DNA from: Marinicella sp.
Lineage (GTDB): Bacteria; Pseudomonadota; Gammaproteobacteria; Xanthomonadales; Marinicellaceae
Direction of reading: 5' to 3'
Length of the DNA stretch: 64,000 nucleotides
Assembly (NCBI GenBank): GCA_965230295.1
Contig: OZ246001.1
Location: 3,488,001 to 3,552,000 of the forward strand
In this document: positions 1 through 9,332 of the stretch, one piece after another
Position numbering within the stretch: the first letter of the stretch is position 1
Layout of the letters: each line of letters begins with the position of its first letter
Notes under the pieces: model-generated
Seen by the model: only the letters and a program-made list of their open reading frames with translations
Database searches by the model: none
What the model was told of the DNA's origin: nothing
Made by a program: the position numbers and the translations under genes

Positions 1-2
1 CA

Positions 3-1898
3 GTAGCCACAGCCAAAGACAATCACTATGCCAAGCACTTGGCAGGTCCTGCAGAAGAAATCGAATTGATGCAAAAATCAAGTCCTGTTGACTCGGCCAT
101 TGTTTCCAAGCATGCCATGATTGCTGTCGATCTACAGCCAAGTACTGAAGGTGGATATGTTTGGCAAAAATCCATATTGCTTGATGGTGAAAACCCAAAG
201 GCATTGCTTTTTGCCCCTGAAAAGGATGATTGGCAATTAGAAATCAGAGGCATGGATATGGAGAAAAGTACCCATGATCAATCAATCGAATTTTTTACTC
301 GTGAAACTGATTTTGGCATGGGTTCTGAGCAGTTTCCAGCGACTCAATTTGAATTACAAAACCTGTCTTCAGGTCAATACAAATTTGATATAGCAGCCAA
401 CAACAATGCTTCTGGCTACTTATTGGTCAGCAGTGACAGCCCGTACCGAATGAAATCTTATGTAAGCACAGCTGGTGCCTTGTTAGGTGATGTTGTGGAC
501 ATCAATGCATCGGCATTTACCGATGAGAAATCATTCACCATGGTGAGTAATGATTTACAGTTGATCAACTCTTCATACCTGCGCATCACCAGTCCTGATG
601 GATCGATCCAAGAAATTTCAATGTTTGATGATGGATTGGCATATGATAAATCGGCTGCTGATGGTGAGTTCAACGGTGCATTTGTTGCAGACCAAGAAGG
701 GCTTTACCAAGTACAAGTGGTAACTCAAGGCATCACTCCACAAGGAAAACCATTTTATCGAACGGCTGAGCATGTGATTCCAGTGATAGATTCGGATTTG
801 GTATTGAGCTCGAAACAAGCAGTTGGTAACTACACCTCATCACACAAAATTGATTTAAGTTTTGGTATCAATACTGGCCTAAAAGATGCCAGTTTCAGGG
901 TTATGGCTGAAGTGTGGGGTACACAGCAAGCAGGAAAATCTTCAACGCAGGAAGCGGTGTCATGGCTTTCTACCATTGCTGAGTTGAAAGGCGGTGAAAT
1001 CACCTTGCAACTGGATGATCGATGGTTGCTGGAAAAAGGCGTGGTGGCTCCATATACCCTTAAAAACATCAGAATCGAAGACACCAGGTATTACATCAAC
1101 ATGTTAGACATAGAGCAGTTACATTTATCATTGCCTGCCATCAAACAACAATCCAAGTCTGCATATCAAGGCGGTATCACAGAGTCGATGCTTCAAGGTG
1201 ATAAGCCTGCACATTTGAAAAACATGGAAAAAGCCGCCGGTGGAAAACTGATGTTGGTCCATGGGTATTGTTCTGGTGATGCTTGGGGGCCCGTTCAATC
1301 TCAATTCAGTAACAACGTGAAATTCACTGACTTCAATAAAAACAGATCTCATGATGAGTTTGCCAGGCTGATTGATAGTTATGGTGATAACTTCCCGTCA
1401 TTTGGTGTGGTTGCACACTCTCAGGGTGGTGCTGCTTCACTTCACTTGTATACCTACTACTGGAGCGGTTTAGACAACGCGGGTTCAGGTCGTTTGATCC
1501 AATCTGTGGGAACACCTTACCAAGGTACACCATTGGCAGGGAATCTCGCTTTGATTGGTGATATTTTTGGTATCGGCTGTGGTTACAATGGTAATTTAAC
1601 CACCTCAGGTGCCGCTTCTTGGTTATCCGGTATCCCAACTTGGGCCAGAAGCAAGGTCAATTATTACACCACGTCATTCACTGATAAATGGTGGCGTCCA
1701 GACTGGTGTAATTTTGCTTCAGATTTTGTTTTATCGGATCCTGAAGATGGCACCACTGAAAAATCCCGAGGTCAACTTTCGGGTGCAAGCAACCGTGGTC
1801 ATAAGACAGGTCAATGTCATACTGAAGGCATGCGGGATATGGCGCAAACCAGGGATGGCGGTCGAAACAGCAGTATGAGCAGCAATGCTGCCAGATAA
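3..1898 (+). CDS. Exported protein with choice-of-anchor X-like domain and C-terminal alpha/beta-hydrolase (conditioned-medium-factor-like); 5' end lies before the window
   Basis: Frame is open from the window start (VATAKDNHYAKHLAGP). Contains MFDDG..D..ADG.F.G motif, oxyanion LVHGY and nucleophile elbow AHSQGG. Confidence 0.75.
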   Translation, partial: VATAKDNHYAKHLAGPAEEIELMQKSSPVDSAIVSKHAMIAVDLQPSTEGGYVWQKSILLDGENPKALLFAPEKDDWQLEIRGMDMEKSTHDQSIEFFTRETDFGMGSEQFPATQFELQNLSSGQYKFDIAANNNASGYLLVSSDSPYRMKSYVSTAGALLGDVVDINASAFTDEKSFTMVSNDLQLINSSYLRITSPDGSIQEISMFDDGLAYDKSAADGEFNGAFVADQEGLYQVQVVTQGITPQGKPFYRTAEHVIPVIDSDLVLSSKQAVGNYTSSHKIDLSFGINTGLKDASFRVMAEVWGTQQAGKSSTQEAVSWLSTIAELKGGEITLQLDDRWLLEKGVVAPYTLKNIRIEDTRYYINMLDIEQLHLSLPAIKQQSKSAYQGGITESMLQGDKPAHLKNMEKAAGGKLMLVHGYCSGDAWGPVQSQFSNNVKFTDFNKNRSHDEFARLIDSYGDNFPSFGVVAHSQGGAASLHLYTYYWSGLDNAGSGRLIQSVGTPYQGTPLAGNLALIGDIFGIGCGYNGNLTTSGAASWLSGIPTWARSKVNYYTTSFTDKWWRPDWCNFASDFVLSDPEDGTTEKSRGQLSGASNRGHKTGQCHTEGMRDMAQTRDGGRNSSMSSNAAR

Positions 1899-1919
1899 GC
1901 TGTCACCAAGTGAAAGCCG

Positions 1920-1947
1920 AAAAGCCCAGTCTGACTGGGCTTTTTTT
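1920..1947 (+). terminator. Rho-independent terminator
   Basis: aaagcccagt-ctg-actgggcttt stem followed by T run. Confidence 0.9.
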
Positions 1948-2026
1948 ATGCCTGTATGAGTTTGCATTTCTGGCACCACAACTTCAGATGAAGGTCTTGG
2001 TTTGAAAATTTTGGTTGAAATTAACC

Positions 2027-2113
2027 CATGATGGTGTGCAGTTGGATGACATTGAAATGATAGAAGATAACCAACAAATTCAATCAAAAACACAAACAAG
2101 AACTTGTGACTAA
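2027..2113 (+). pseudogene. 3' remnant of a paralog of the downstream Sel1-like gene
   Basis: 2042-2066 matches 2778-2802 at 23/25 nt. In-frame translation GVQLDDIEMIED... vs GEVTLDEIEIIEV..., ending at TAA 2111-2113. Confidence 0.6.
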
Positions 2114-2162
2114 TCACACTGTCTATAACCTCCAAAATTTGTTCTAATTATTTAAAAAGGAG

Positions 2163-2840
2163 ATGAATATGAAACACATGAAAAAACTTACAGCCATTAC
2201 CTGTTTACTGATAACGTCCTTGGCGTTTGCTGATTACGGCCTTCACTTTGATGACAAGGGTCAAATCATCAAACCAGACCAACATTACCTGTGGTTAGGT
2301 ATTGATGATGAAAGAGATGGCTTCAGAGACTCGGCATTTAAAAACTTTAAACGGTCTGCAGCATTTGGTAACTACCATGCCATGTCGTTGGTTGCTTTGT
2401 ATTACATGCAAGACAAAGATTACCTGTCAGCATATGCTTGGTTCAAACTGATTGATTTAGGAAAAATTCCCAATGCTGCCTATTTGGAAGAAATCATTGG
2501 AAATATAGAAACCGTTTTGAGCAAAGATGAATTAAAACAAGCCGATGACATGCGGTATGATTTGTCCGAAACTTATGGCAGTTATCCAACAATGTTGAAA
2601 AGAGAAGAATGGAAGAACAACATGAAATTCACAGGAACTCACATCAAAGGCTACATTCCGCCATTTTTAAAAATTGAACTGAATTCAGGTTATGTTGTTA
2701 CTGGAAGAGATCTCAAGGAGCAAGTTGAAAAGTTTATCTATGAATATGAATTCAGTTTCGGTCAAGGTGAAGTGACATTGGATGAGATTGAAATCATAGA
2801 AGTGGATGAAACGACTGATCAGGAGCAAAAAGATGAATAA
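2163..2840 (+). CDS. Exported Sel1-like repeat protein
   Basis: SD aggag; signal peptide (..SLAFA|D); A..F.RSA.FG...A.....Y....D...AYAWF Sel1-like pattern. Confidence 0.7.
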   Translation: MNMKHMKKLTAITCLLITSLAFADYGLHFDDKGQIIKPDQHYLWLGIDDERDGFRDSAFKNFKRSAAFGNYHAMSLVALYYMQDKDYLSAYAWFKLIDLGKIPNAAYLEEIIGNIETVLSKDELKQADDMRYDLSETYGSYPTMLKREEWKNNMKFTGTHIKGYIPPFLKIELNSGYVVTGRDLKEQVEKFIYEYEFSFGQGEVTLDEIEIIEVDETTDQEQKDE

Positions 2841-2866
2841 AAAGTGAGTTGTTTCACCAAGAAATC

Positions 2867-2896
2867 AAGCCTCAGCATAAACACTGAGGCTTTTTT
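2867..2896 (+). terminator. Rho-independent terminator between convergent genes
   Basis: aagcctcag-N8-ctgaggctt + tttt. Confidence 0.8.
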
Positions 2897-2900
2897 AATT

Positions 2901-3509
2901 TCAGGCGCTTAATAATTTTTTGGCTTCTTCAATGTATGCTTTTCTTTTCAGTAAGATTTGCAATTGTCCACCACCGACCTGTTTCCACAAGACAGCCGCA
3001 CGAATCCCTGCCAACAAGATTGCTCTGATTTTTTCTGTTATTGCTTGATCTTTTAGATGGAATGGCTGCCCGGCTACAATCACCCTGGGTTGCATTTGGC
3101 TGATGGTCTTGGAGTAGACTTGTGCCAGTTTAGAAATCACTGCATTGTTAAAAGGTTCTTCTGTGTTTTGTAATACCTTGGAATCACTCAAACCCTTTTC
3201 AATGACTGCCATCATATCGGGTCTTTGTTGTAATTTGCTGGCCAATGACAAAAGTGTGATGGTGTATTTCATCACATTGATGTAATAACTGTCTTTGTTG
3301 AATGATTTAATCAAAGTATTGAATCCAAGAGCCAAACCTGACATGTTGTCTTCAAAGATGTCCTCAGTACTTGAGGCATCAATTTTATACAGGCTTTTTA
3401 AGCTGACTTCCCAGCTCTTTGGATCACGGATTGCACCGGAATTGGCCAATTCGTGAGCCATGGTGGCTGCTTGGTATACAGCTGACAATGCTATGGTTTG
3501 GTCTCTCAT
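2901..3509 (-). CDS. hflD: High frequency lysogenization protein HflD
   Basis: YSKTIS..QPRVIV.G...L......KIRAILLAGIRAAVLWKQVGG motif; follows mnmA. Confidence 0.95.
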   Translation of the reverse strand: MRDQTIALSAVYQAATMAHELANSGAIRDPKSWEVSLKSLYKIDASSTEDIFEDNMSGLALGFNTLIKSFNKDSYYINVMKYTITLLSLASKLQQRPDMMAVIEKGLSDSKVLQNTEEPFNNAVISKLAQVYSKTISQMQPRVIVAGQPFHLKDQAITEKIRAILLAGIRAAVLWKQVGGGQLQILLKRKAYIEEAKKLLSA

Positions 3510-3513
3510 GCTT

Positions 3514-4623
3514 TCAGGTCTCTCTCAGTTCACAAGTTGAGGTTAATAAATTAGATGATTCTATGATGGCTCCCCCCATGCACACATCCCCCTGATAAAA
3601 AACAACCGATTGTCCTGGGGTGATGGCTTTTTGTGGTTGTTCGAAGATGACTTGAATGGTGTCGGCATTGATGAGATGTACTTGACACTCCTGATCAGCC
3701 TGACGGTACCGTATTTTGGCTTTGCATTGGAGTGGAAAAGCCGGTGGTTTATTTGCTATCCATGTGGCTTGTTTGGCCAGCAGTGTATCATCTTCCATCA
3801 GGTGTTTGTGGTTGCTCTGGCCCACAACCAGGCGATTCAACTGGTGGTCTTTGGCTATCACAAACCAAGGTTCAGCCAGGCCATTTTTAACGCCACCAAT
3901 ACCCAGACCCTGTCGTTGTCCAATGGTGTAATACATCAAGCCATTGTGTTGGCCGACAATTTGCTCATTGGGGGTGATTATTTCACCTGGGTTGGGTTTC
4001 AGGTAAGTTGACAAAAAATCCTGGAAGCGTTTTTCACCAATGAAACAAATCCCGGTTGAATCTTTTTTGTCATGAACGTTAAGACCGAGTGATTCGGCCA
4101 TTTTTCTGACTTCCGGCTTTTCAATTTCTCCAACCGGAAACAAGCTCCGTGACAATTGGTACTGGTTGATGGCGTAAAGGAAGTAGCTTTGATCTTTATT
4201 TTGATCCATGCCCTTTAACAGCTGATATTCACCGTTGGATTCACCTTTTCTCACATAATGACCAGTGGCCATCATGTCTGCACCCAAGTCATCAGCGTGA
4301 TCTAAAAATGTTTTGAACTTTATTTCACGGTTACACAAGATGTCGGGATTTGGCGTGCGGCCTTGCTGATACTCTTCCAGGAATTCAGCAAACACATGGT
4401 CCCAATACTCAGTTGCAAAGTTTCGGCGATGTAGTTTGATGTCTAACTGATCACAAACGGCCTGCGCGTCTTTGACATCTTCGTCAGCAGTGCAGTGTTC
4501 CTGGGTGTCGTCTTCTTCCCAATTCTTCATGAACATGCCTTCTACTTGTAAGCCTTGTTGTTTTAACAACGCCGCACTGACCGAAGAGTCGACGCCGCCT
4601 GACATTCCTGTGATTACTTTCAT
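3514..4623 (-). CDS. mnmA: tRNA 2-thiouridine(34) synthase MnmA
   Basis: SGGVDS PP-loop, [30 protein letters not shown]. Confidence 0.99.
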   Translation of the reverse strand: MKVITGMSGGVDSSVSAALLKQQGLQVEGMFMKNWEEDDTQEHCTADEDVKDAQAVCDQLDIKLHRRNFATEYWDHVFAEFLEEYQQGRTPNPDILCNREIKFKTFLDHADDLGADMMATGHYVRKGESNGEYQLLKGMDQNKDQSYFLYAINQYQLSRSLFPVGEIEKPEVRKMAESLGLNVHDKKDSTGICFIGEKRFQDFLSTYLKPNPGEIITPNEQIVGQHNGLMYYTIGQRQGLGIGGVKNGLAEPWFVIAKDHQLNRLVVGQSNHKHLMEDDTLLAKQATWIANKPPAFPLQCKAKIRYRQADQECQVHLINADTIQVIFEQPQKAITPGQSVVFYQGDVCMGGAIIESSNLLTSTCELRET

Positions 4624-4635
4624 GGTGTGTGGTGG

Positions 4636-5088
4636 TTAATCGTAATAACTGAACACATCTGTGTTGGTTCTTTTGCCGTTGATATGGAGGTCAATGTGAT
4701 GTAAAACAAGTGGAGAACGCAACCTGTGGGCATTTTTTGCCACTTCGTCACGGGTCATCCATTGGGCACAAATGATGCCTTCATCAAGGGTTTGATTGGG
4801 GTCAAATTCAATCACGGTACCTGCAAAGCATGATCTGAGGTAGTGCTTATCACTGTTCTTACTGGTCCATTGAGAAAACTCTATCAAATGGTCAACACTG
4901 ATGTGCCAACCGGTTTCTTCTAAAGTCTCTCGTACAGCGGCTTGGATTAATGTTTCACCTTGTTCCAAATGGCCGGCGGGTTGATTAAGAATTTTTTCAC
5001 CATAAATATCTTCTTCAACCATCAGAAACTTACCGTTTTGTTCAACCACAGTGGCTACGGTAACTCGAGGTAACCAATCTCTGCTCAT
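4636..5088 (-). CDS. nudJ: NUDIX hydrolase NudJ-like
   Basis: Nudix box GHLEQGETLIQAAVRETLEETG; upstream of mnmA; ATG at 5088 overlaps the stop of the preceding gene (ATGA). Confidence 0.88.
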   Translation of the reverse strand: MSRDWLPRVTVATVVEQNGKFLMVEEDIYGEKILNQPAGHLEQGETLIQAAVRETLEETGWHISVDHLIEFSQWTSKNSDKHYLRSCFAGTVIEFDPNQTLDEGIICAQWMTRDEVAKNAHRLRSPLVLHHIDLHINGKRTNTDVFSYYD

Positions 5089-6758
5089 GCGGTTTTTCCT
5101 TTCCAGCGCACACCCAAATACATACCAACTATACCGATGACTATGGCAGCCCATGGCGAAAAGCCGAAGCTGGCAGGGATGATGCCGATGATCACAGCAA
5201 AACCACCCGCATACAAGGCATAGGGGATTTGGGTTCTGACATGTTCGATGTGGTCACAGCCTGATGCCATGGATGACAAAATGGTGGTGTCAGAGATGGG
5301 GGAGCAATGGTCGCCCCATACGGCGCCTGCCAAGATGCTGGCAATGGTGGTGTATATGATGTAGAAATATTCAGGTTCCATGAGGCCTTGAGCCGTCATC
5401 ATGGTCCAAGCCACCGGTACAACCAACGGAATCAATATACCCATGGCGCCCCAGCTGGACCCAGTAGCAAATGCAGTTAATGCAGCCAATAAGAAGGTTA
5501 ATATAGGCAGCCATTGAACGGACAGTGAGTCTGCGATCAAAGAAGATATATACTGGCTGGTTTGTAATTGTTCACTGACGGCTGAAAGTGACCAAGCCAA
5601 AGTCAATATGATGATGGCCAACAGCATGGGCTTGATGCCCTTATACCACGCTTCAACAGTTTCTTTCAGGGTCAAAATGCCTTGCAGCAGGCTGAGGATA
5701 GCAGCCACCAGTACGCCTGCAGTGGTTCCCCATAAAAGCGCTTTGTAGGAGTCTACATTTTTAGAAAATAAAATATCCCGGAAAGTTTGGTCAGGGTTGC
5801 TGGGATCTAATCCGGTGTAATAAATGCCAGCCAGTACAACAAAAATCATGGTTAAAATTGGTAACAGGGCGTTGATCGCTCTGTATGGCTTGTTTTCAAC
5901 TGGAACCACTTCGTCTTCTGGATGATGTGCGGCAGTTTGGCTGGATTCATTCAAGGATCTGGCCGCAAGCTCAGCTTGGTACATCGGGCCGAAGTCTCGA
6001 CCGGTACTGGCTATGATGATGGTTAAAAACAAAGCCATAATGGGGTAAAAACTGTAGGGAATGGTTTGTAAGAATATGGCATATCCTCCCATGTCATTGT
6101 AACCAACTGCCTTAAGGGCATCGTCAATCAAACCAACCTGAAAACCAACCCAGGTAGTGATCAAAGCCAGGCATGCAATGGGGGCAGCCGTTGAGTCGAC
6201 CAAGTAAGCCAGTTTCTCTCTTGAGATTTTCATCTTATCGGTCACCGGGCGCATGGTGTTGCCGACCACCAATGTATTGGCGTAATCATCAAAAAAGATA
6301 CTCATTCCCATACCAATGGTTGCCAATGAAGCCCGTTTGACATTGTTGGCCCATTTTAGTATCAAGTTCACGACACCCTGCATGCCACCGTTGCGTGAAA
6401 TGATGCCTACCATGCCGCCAATCATGAAAGAAAAGACGATGATGGATGCATGGCTGGAATCAGCCAATGCATTGACCGAGTAGAACTGAACGGTTTGTAA
6501 AGGGGCTTTGAAGAATGACAGGAAATCAAGACCGCCTATGACCCACACGCCAAAGACCAGGCCAGTGAATAAAGCGGGTATCACCTGCCTGAATATCAAG
6601 GCAATGGCAATAGCCAGTAAGGGTGGAACCACAGATAACCACGTTCCGGCATAAGAAACAGTCGTTTCGGCTTCAGTGGATTCCTGGGCAAAAACACAAC
6701 CCGTAAATAATATTAAAAACAATAGGATATAGGATATTCTTAAGGTAAATAGTTGCAT
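5085..6758 (-). CDS. Na+/H+ antiporter NhaC-family transporter
   Basis: IFFDDYAN, LVDSTAAP, FATGSSWG, GDHCSPISDTTILSS motifs; multiple TM helices. Confidence 0.9.
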   Translation of the reverse strand: MQLFTLRISYILLFLILFTGCVFAQESTEAETTVSYAGTWLSVVPPLLAIAIALIFRQVIPALFTGLVFGVWVIGGLDFLSFFKAPLQTVQFYSVNALADSSHASIIVFSFMIGGMVGIISRNGGMQGVVNLILKWANNVKRASLATIGMGMSIFFDDYANTLVVGNTMRPVTDKMKISREKLAYLVDSTAAPIACLALITTWVGFQVGLIDDALKAVGYNDMGGYAIFLQTIPYSFYPIMALFLTIIIASTGRDFGPMYQAELAARSLNESSQTAAHHPEDEVVPVENKPYRAINALLPILTMIFVVLAGIYYTGLDPSNPDQTFRDILFSKNVDSYKALLWGTTAGVLVAAILSLLQGILTLKETVEAWYKGIKPMLLAIIILTLAWSLSAVSEQLQTSQYISSLIADSLSVQWLPILTFLLAALTAFATGSSWGAMGILIPLVVPVAWTMMTAQGLMEPEYFYIIYTTIASILAGAVWGDHCSPISDTTILSSMASGCDHIEHVRTQIPYALYAGGFAVIIGIIPASFGFSPWAAIVIGIVGMYLGVRWKGKTA

Positions 6759-6833
6759 AGTTTTTATGGTCGTGTTGGTTGTTATTTCTGTTGTTGGTGC
6801 AGAAACATTATATGTTGAGCAGAGATTCTATCA

Positions 6834-7532
6834 TCACCACTGATTTAATTCATTAAGCCTCTGAATTGTTCCCACATCATGCCACATGCCTTGATGAATT
6901 TGACCTGTGGCTTGTTGATCCTGAATGGCCGCTTTGATATGGGGGACAATGCTGAAAACTTTTTCATGATACGGAGGTTTCAGTATATTTTGATGAAATA
7001 AACCAATACCTGCATAAGTAAAGGCCTCTAAATCAGGGGTTTTAAGTTGCAAATTGCCAGTAAAACTGTCCAGTGAAAAATCACCCAAAGGGTTGTGTTT
7101 TGGGTTATTGACCAACACCAGATTTACCAGGTTATCAGGTGGCAGACTTTGCAGTTTTGAAAAATCAAAATCAGTGAATATGTCTGCATTGACAACAACA
7201 AAGGGTTCAGGGTTATGCTGATCTGAAATCAACATGGGCATGGCTTTAAGCATGCCTCCTCCTGTTTCGAGTGGTTGGTCGGCTTCGATTGAAAATTGAA
7301 TGTTGGCAGTTTTGTAATCATCAAGCTTCATTAAATTGGTAACAAAATCTATGATTTGTTGATGCAACCAACTGACATTGATGACCAAGTCACTGATCCC
7401 GGCTGCAAGCAAGGCTTCAATGTGATATTGAATCAATGGCTTATCTCTGACAACAACCAAAGGTTTTGGTGTGTGATTGGTCAGTGGTTTAAGACGTTCA
7501 CCTCGTCCTGCAGCGAAAATCAGTGCTTTCAT
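6834..7532 (-). CDS. murU: N-acetylmuramate alpha-1-phosphate uridylyltransferase
   Basis: AAGRGERLKPLT..PKPL, LETGGG, HNPLGDF, WHDVGT; directly downstream of amgK. Confidence 0.92.
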   Translation of the reverse strand: MKALIFAAGRGERLKPLTNHTPKPLVVVRDKPLIQYHIEALLAAGISDLVINVSWLHQQIIDFVTNLMKLDDYKTANIQFSIEADQPLETGGGMLKAMPMLISDQHNPEPFVVVNADIFTDFDFSKLQSLPPDNLVNLVLVNNPKHNPLGDFSLDSFTGNLQLKTPDLEAFTYAGIGLFHQNILKPPYHEKVFSIVPHIKAAIQDQQATGQIHQGMWHDVGTIQRLNELNQW

Positions 7533-8512
7533 CCGTGTTTGGTCAGTTTGGGTTGTAAGTCTTGTAGCAATTGCCCGAATGTGGCCAAATCGGGATAGGC
7601 TTTGGCGGTTGTCAATAGGTAATTCATGGTTCTGGGGATGTCATGCAAATAGCCCGATTTGCCGTCTCTATAATTCAATCGACAAAAAATTCCAATGGCT
7701 TTCAGGTGCCTTTGTGCAGCCATTAAATCAAACCAACGTTTAAACGTTTCATAAGGGACCTGTGCGTTGGATACAGCGTTGTGTTGTTGAAGAAAATACT
7801 GGCTTAATCGCTCAATGGTGGCTTCTGGCCAGCAGATATAACAATCTTTTAATAAGGATGCCAAATCATAGGTGAACGGCCCGAAAACAGCATCTTGAAA
7901 GTCAATCACCCCCGGGTGGTTTTCAGCCGTGACCATTAAATTCCTGCTGTGAAAGTCACGGTGTACCATCACCTGAGGCTGTTCAAGCGCATTGTTTAAC
8001 AGTTTTTCATAGGTGACTCTGAGTAAATCAGATTGTTCAGTATTCAGCTGTATGCCCAAGTGTTCCTTCACAAACCAATCACTGAATAAATGCATTTCAT
8101 TCAGCAAAAGATTGGCATCATAAGGAGGTAAATCATGAGCCGCATCTATTCTTTGCATGGATGCAATCACGTCAATCGCGGGTAAGTAATAAGTGTCAAC
8201 AGTTTCTTCATTCAACTCATCCAAATACAGTGTAGAGCCTAAATCTGTCAGCAATAAAAAACCCAGGTCCAAGTCTGAAGCATACAATTTGGGTACATGA
8301 ACTTGATTTTTCCGCAAAATGTTGAGAATTTTAATGAACGGGCTACAATCCTCATGCTCTGGAGGCGCATCCATAAGGATGTAGCTGGCTGATGCTGTGG
8401 TTACTCTGTAGTAACTCCTGAAACTGGCATCAGCCGATGCTGTCATCATTTTAAACGGTTGCTGTTTGAAATACTCAGACAGCCACAACTGCCGTTGGTG
8501 CTCGCGATTCAT
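7529..8512 (-). CDS. amgK: Anomeric MurNAc/GlcNAc kinase (APH-like phosphotransferase)
   Basis: DASFRSYYR, MDAPP, HRDFHSRNLM, IDFQDA, QRHLKAIGIFCRL..RDGK. Confidence 0.93.
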   Translation of the reverse strand: MNREHQRQLWLSEYFKQQPFKMMTASADASFRSYYRVTTASASYILMDAPPEHEDCSPFIKILNILRKNQVHVPKLYASDLDLGFLLLTDLGSTLYLDELNEETVDTYYLPAIDVIASMQRIDAAHDLPPYDANLLLNEMHLFSDWFVKEHLGIQLNTEQSDLLRVTYEKLLNNALEQPQVMVHRDFHSRNLMVTAENHPGVIDFQDAVFGPFTYDLASLLKDCYICWPEATIERLSQYFLQQHNAVSNAQVPYETFKRWFDLMAAQRHLKAIGIFCRLNYRDGKSGYLHDIPRTMNYLLTTAKAYPDLATFGQLLQDLQPKLTKHG

Positions 8513-8533
8513 CGGTGTTATTTATTGTGTTTT

Positions 8534-8839
8534 TTAGTTTGAACCCAGTCCCAGTTCAGAGGGCTTTGATTTTTTTAAAACAGTGGTGATCACATGTTGA
8601 TGTTCGAAGTAAACCACAAATGTTGGGTAATCCCAACGGGTGATGGGTGGGTTGCCTACAGCGGCATGTTCAGTCACAGGATCGCCGTAGTCAGCCCTGA
8701 CTTGATTCATGGTGGTAGACTTTTGTGGAACATCGATTCCGGCTTTGGCTTCAACTCGGTCAATCAACAACACTTCTGATTGTGAAGAGCAGGAAAAAAT
8801 CATCAGTAATATCAGTATTTTAATTGAAGTTTTACGCAT
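8534..8839 (-). CDS. Conserved small exported hypothetical protein
   Basis: Signal peptide; V...YG.P......G.PPITRWDY..F.VYFE...V pattern. Confidence 0.8.
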   Translation of the reverse strand: MRKTSIKILILLMIFSCSSQSEVLLIDRVEAKAGIDVPQKSTTMNQVRADYGDPVTEHAAVGNPPITRWDYPTFVVYFEHQHVITTVLKKSKPSELGLGSN

Positions 8840-9111
8840 CTCATTGTCCCATCAAAATTGACATTTTAACAACATTCAATTGATTTTGTCACATCTCAAC
8901 TTGTGATGGGGCCAATTGAATGAACCTTTCAAATCTATACAAGCTCTCTGTAAGCTGTGGTTATCATCACAAAAATCACTTTATGACAATCTAAGTTCAC
9001 ATAAAATGAACCAGTTCACAATTCAAAAACCTGATAAATATGTGATTAATAATCAGATCAAACTTTTTTTTGACTACAGGATGAAAAATGAAGTCCCCCA
9101 ACTTATTCATT

Positions 9112-9298
9112 GGAGAACTGTTGGATTGGCGCACCCGGTTGGCGAACCTTCGGTGAGTCAGAGAGTGCAAGAGTAGGTAATGAAAGTATGGTGGTTTGGC
9201 GTTAAGCCAAGAAGCCTTACTTGAATACCGTAGCTCGTCCGTAATTGTAAGTGATGTCCGCCGTGGCCGCTTTCACTTTTGTAGGAAACAAAAGTGAA
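9112..9298 (+). ncRNA. Candidate structured small RNA (5' domain possibly related to Xanthomonas sX9)
   Basis: GC-richer island in an AT-rich spacer. Nested helices gcac/gtgc, ttggc/gtcag, tatggt/accgta, ttggc/gccaa, and a perfect 11-bp terminal hairpin at 9272-9298. Family and strand not verified. Confidence 0.55.
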
Positions 9299-9332
9299 TG
9301 AAGTCCCAAGGACATTCCTTTATAATGCAGCG

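Noticed and set aside
2105-2118. TGTGA-CTAA-TCACA as a CRP site
   Set aside because: Spacer is 4 nt rather than 6; could bind another regulator but this is unsupported
1731-2135. 134-aa minus-strand ORF
   Set aside because: Crosses a terminator and the antisense of a real gene; no motif; the spacer is better explained by the paralog remnant
5089-5154. Longer N-terminus for nudJ given in the ORF track
   Set aside because: Overlaps the NhaC gene; ATG at 5088 gives standard ATGA coupling
8860-9110. Possible oriC (AT-rich long spacer)
   Set aside because: No consensus DnaA boxes (TTATCCACA), no GATC cluster, no dnaA/gidA context
8916-9176. 86-aa plus-strand ORF
   Set aside because: TTG start without SD, no recognisable motifs, runs through the promoter and structured RNA region
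9112-9275. 6S RNA or retron msr-msd assignment
   Set aside because: Only the short gaagcctta resembles 6S; the ends do not form the long closing stem; no zapA/ygfA context and no reverse transcriptase nearby
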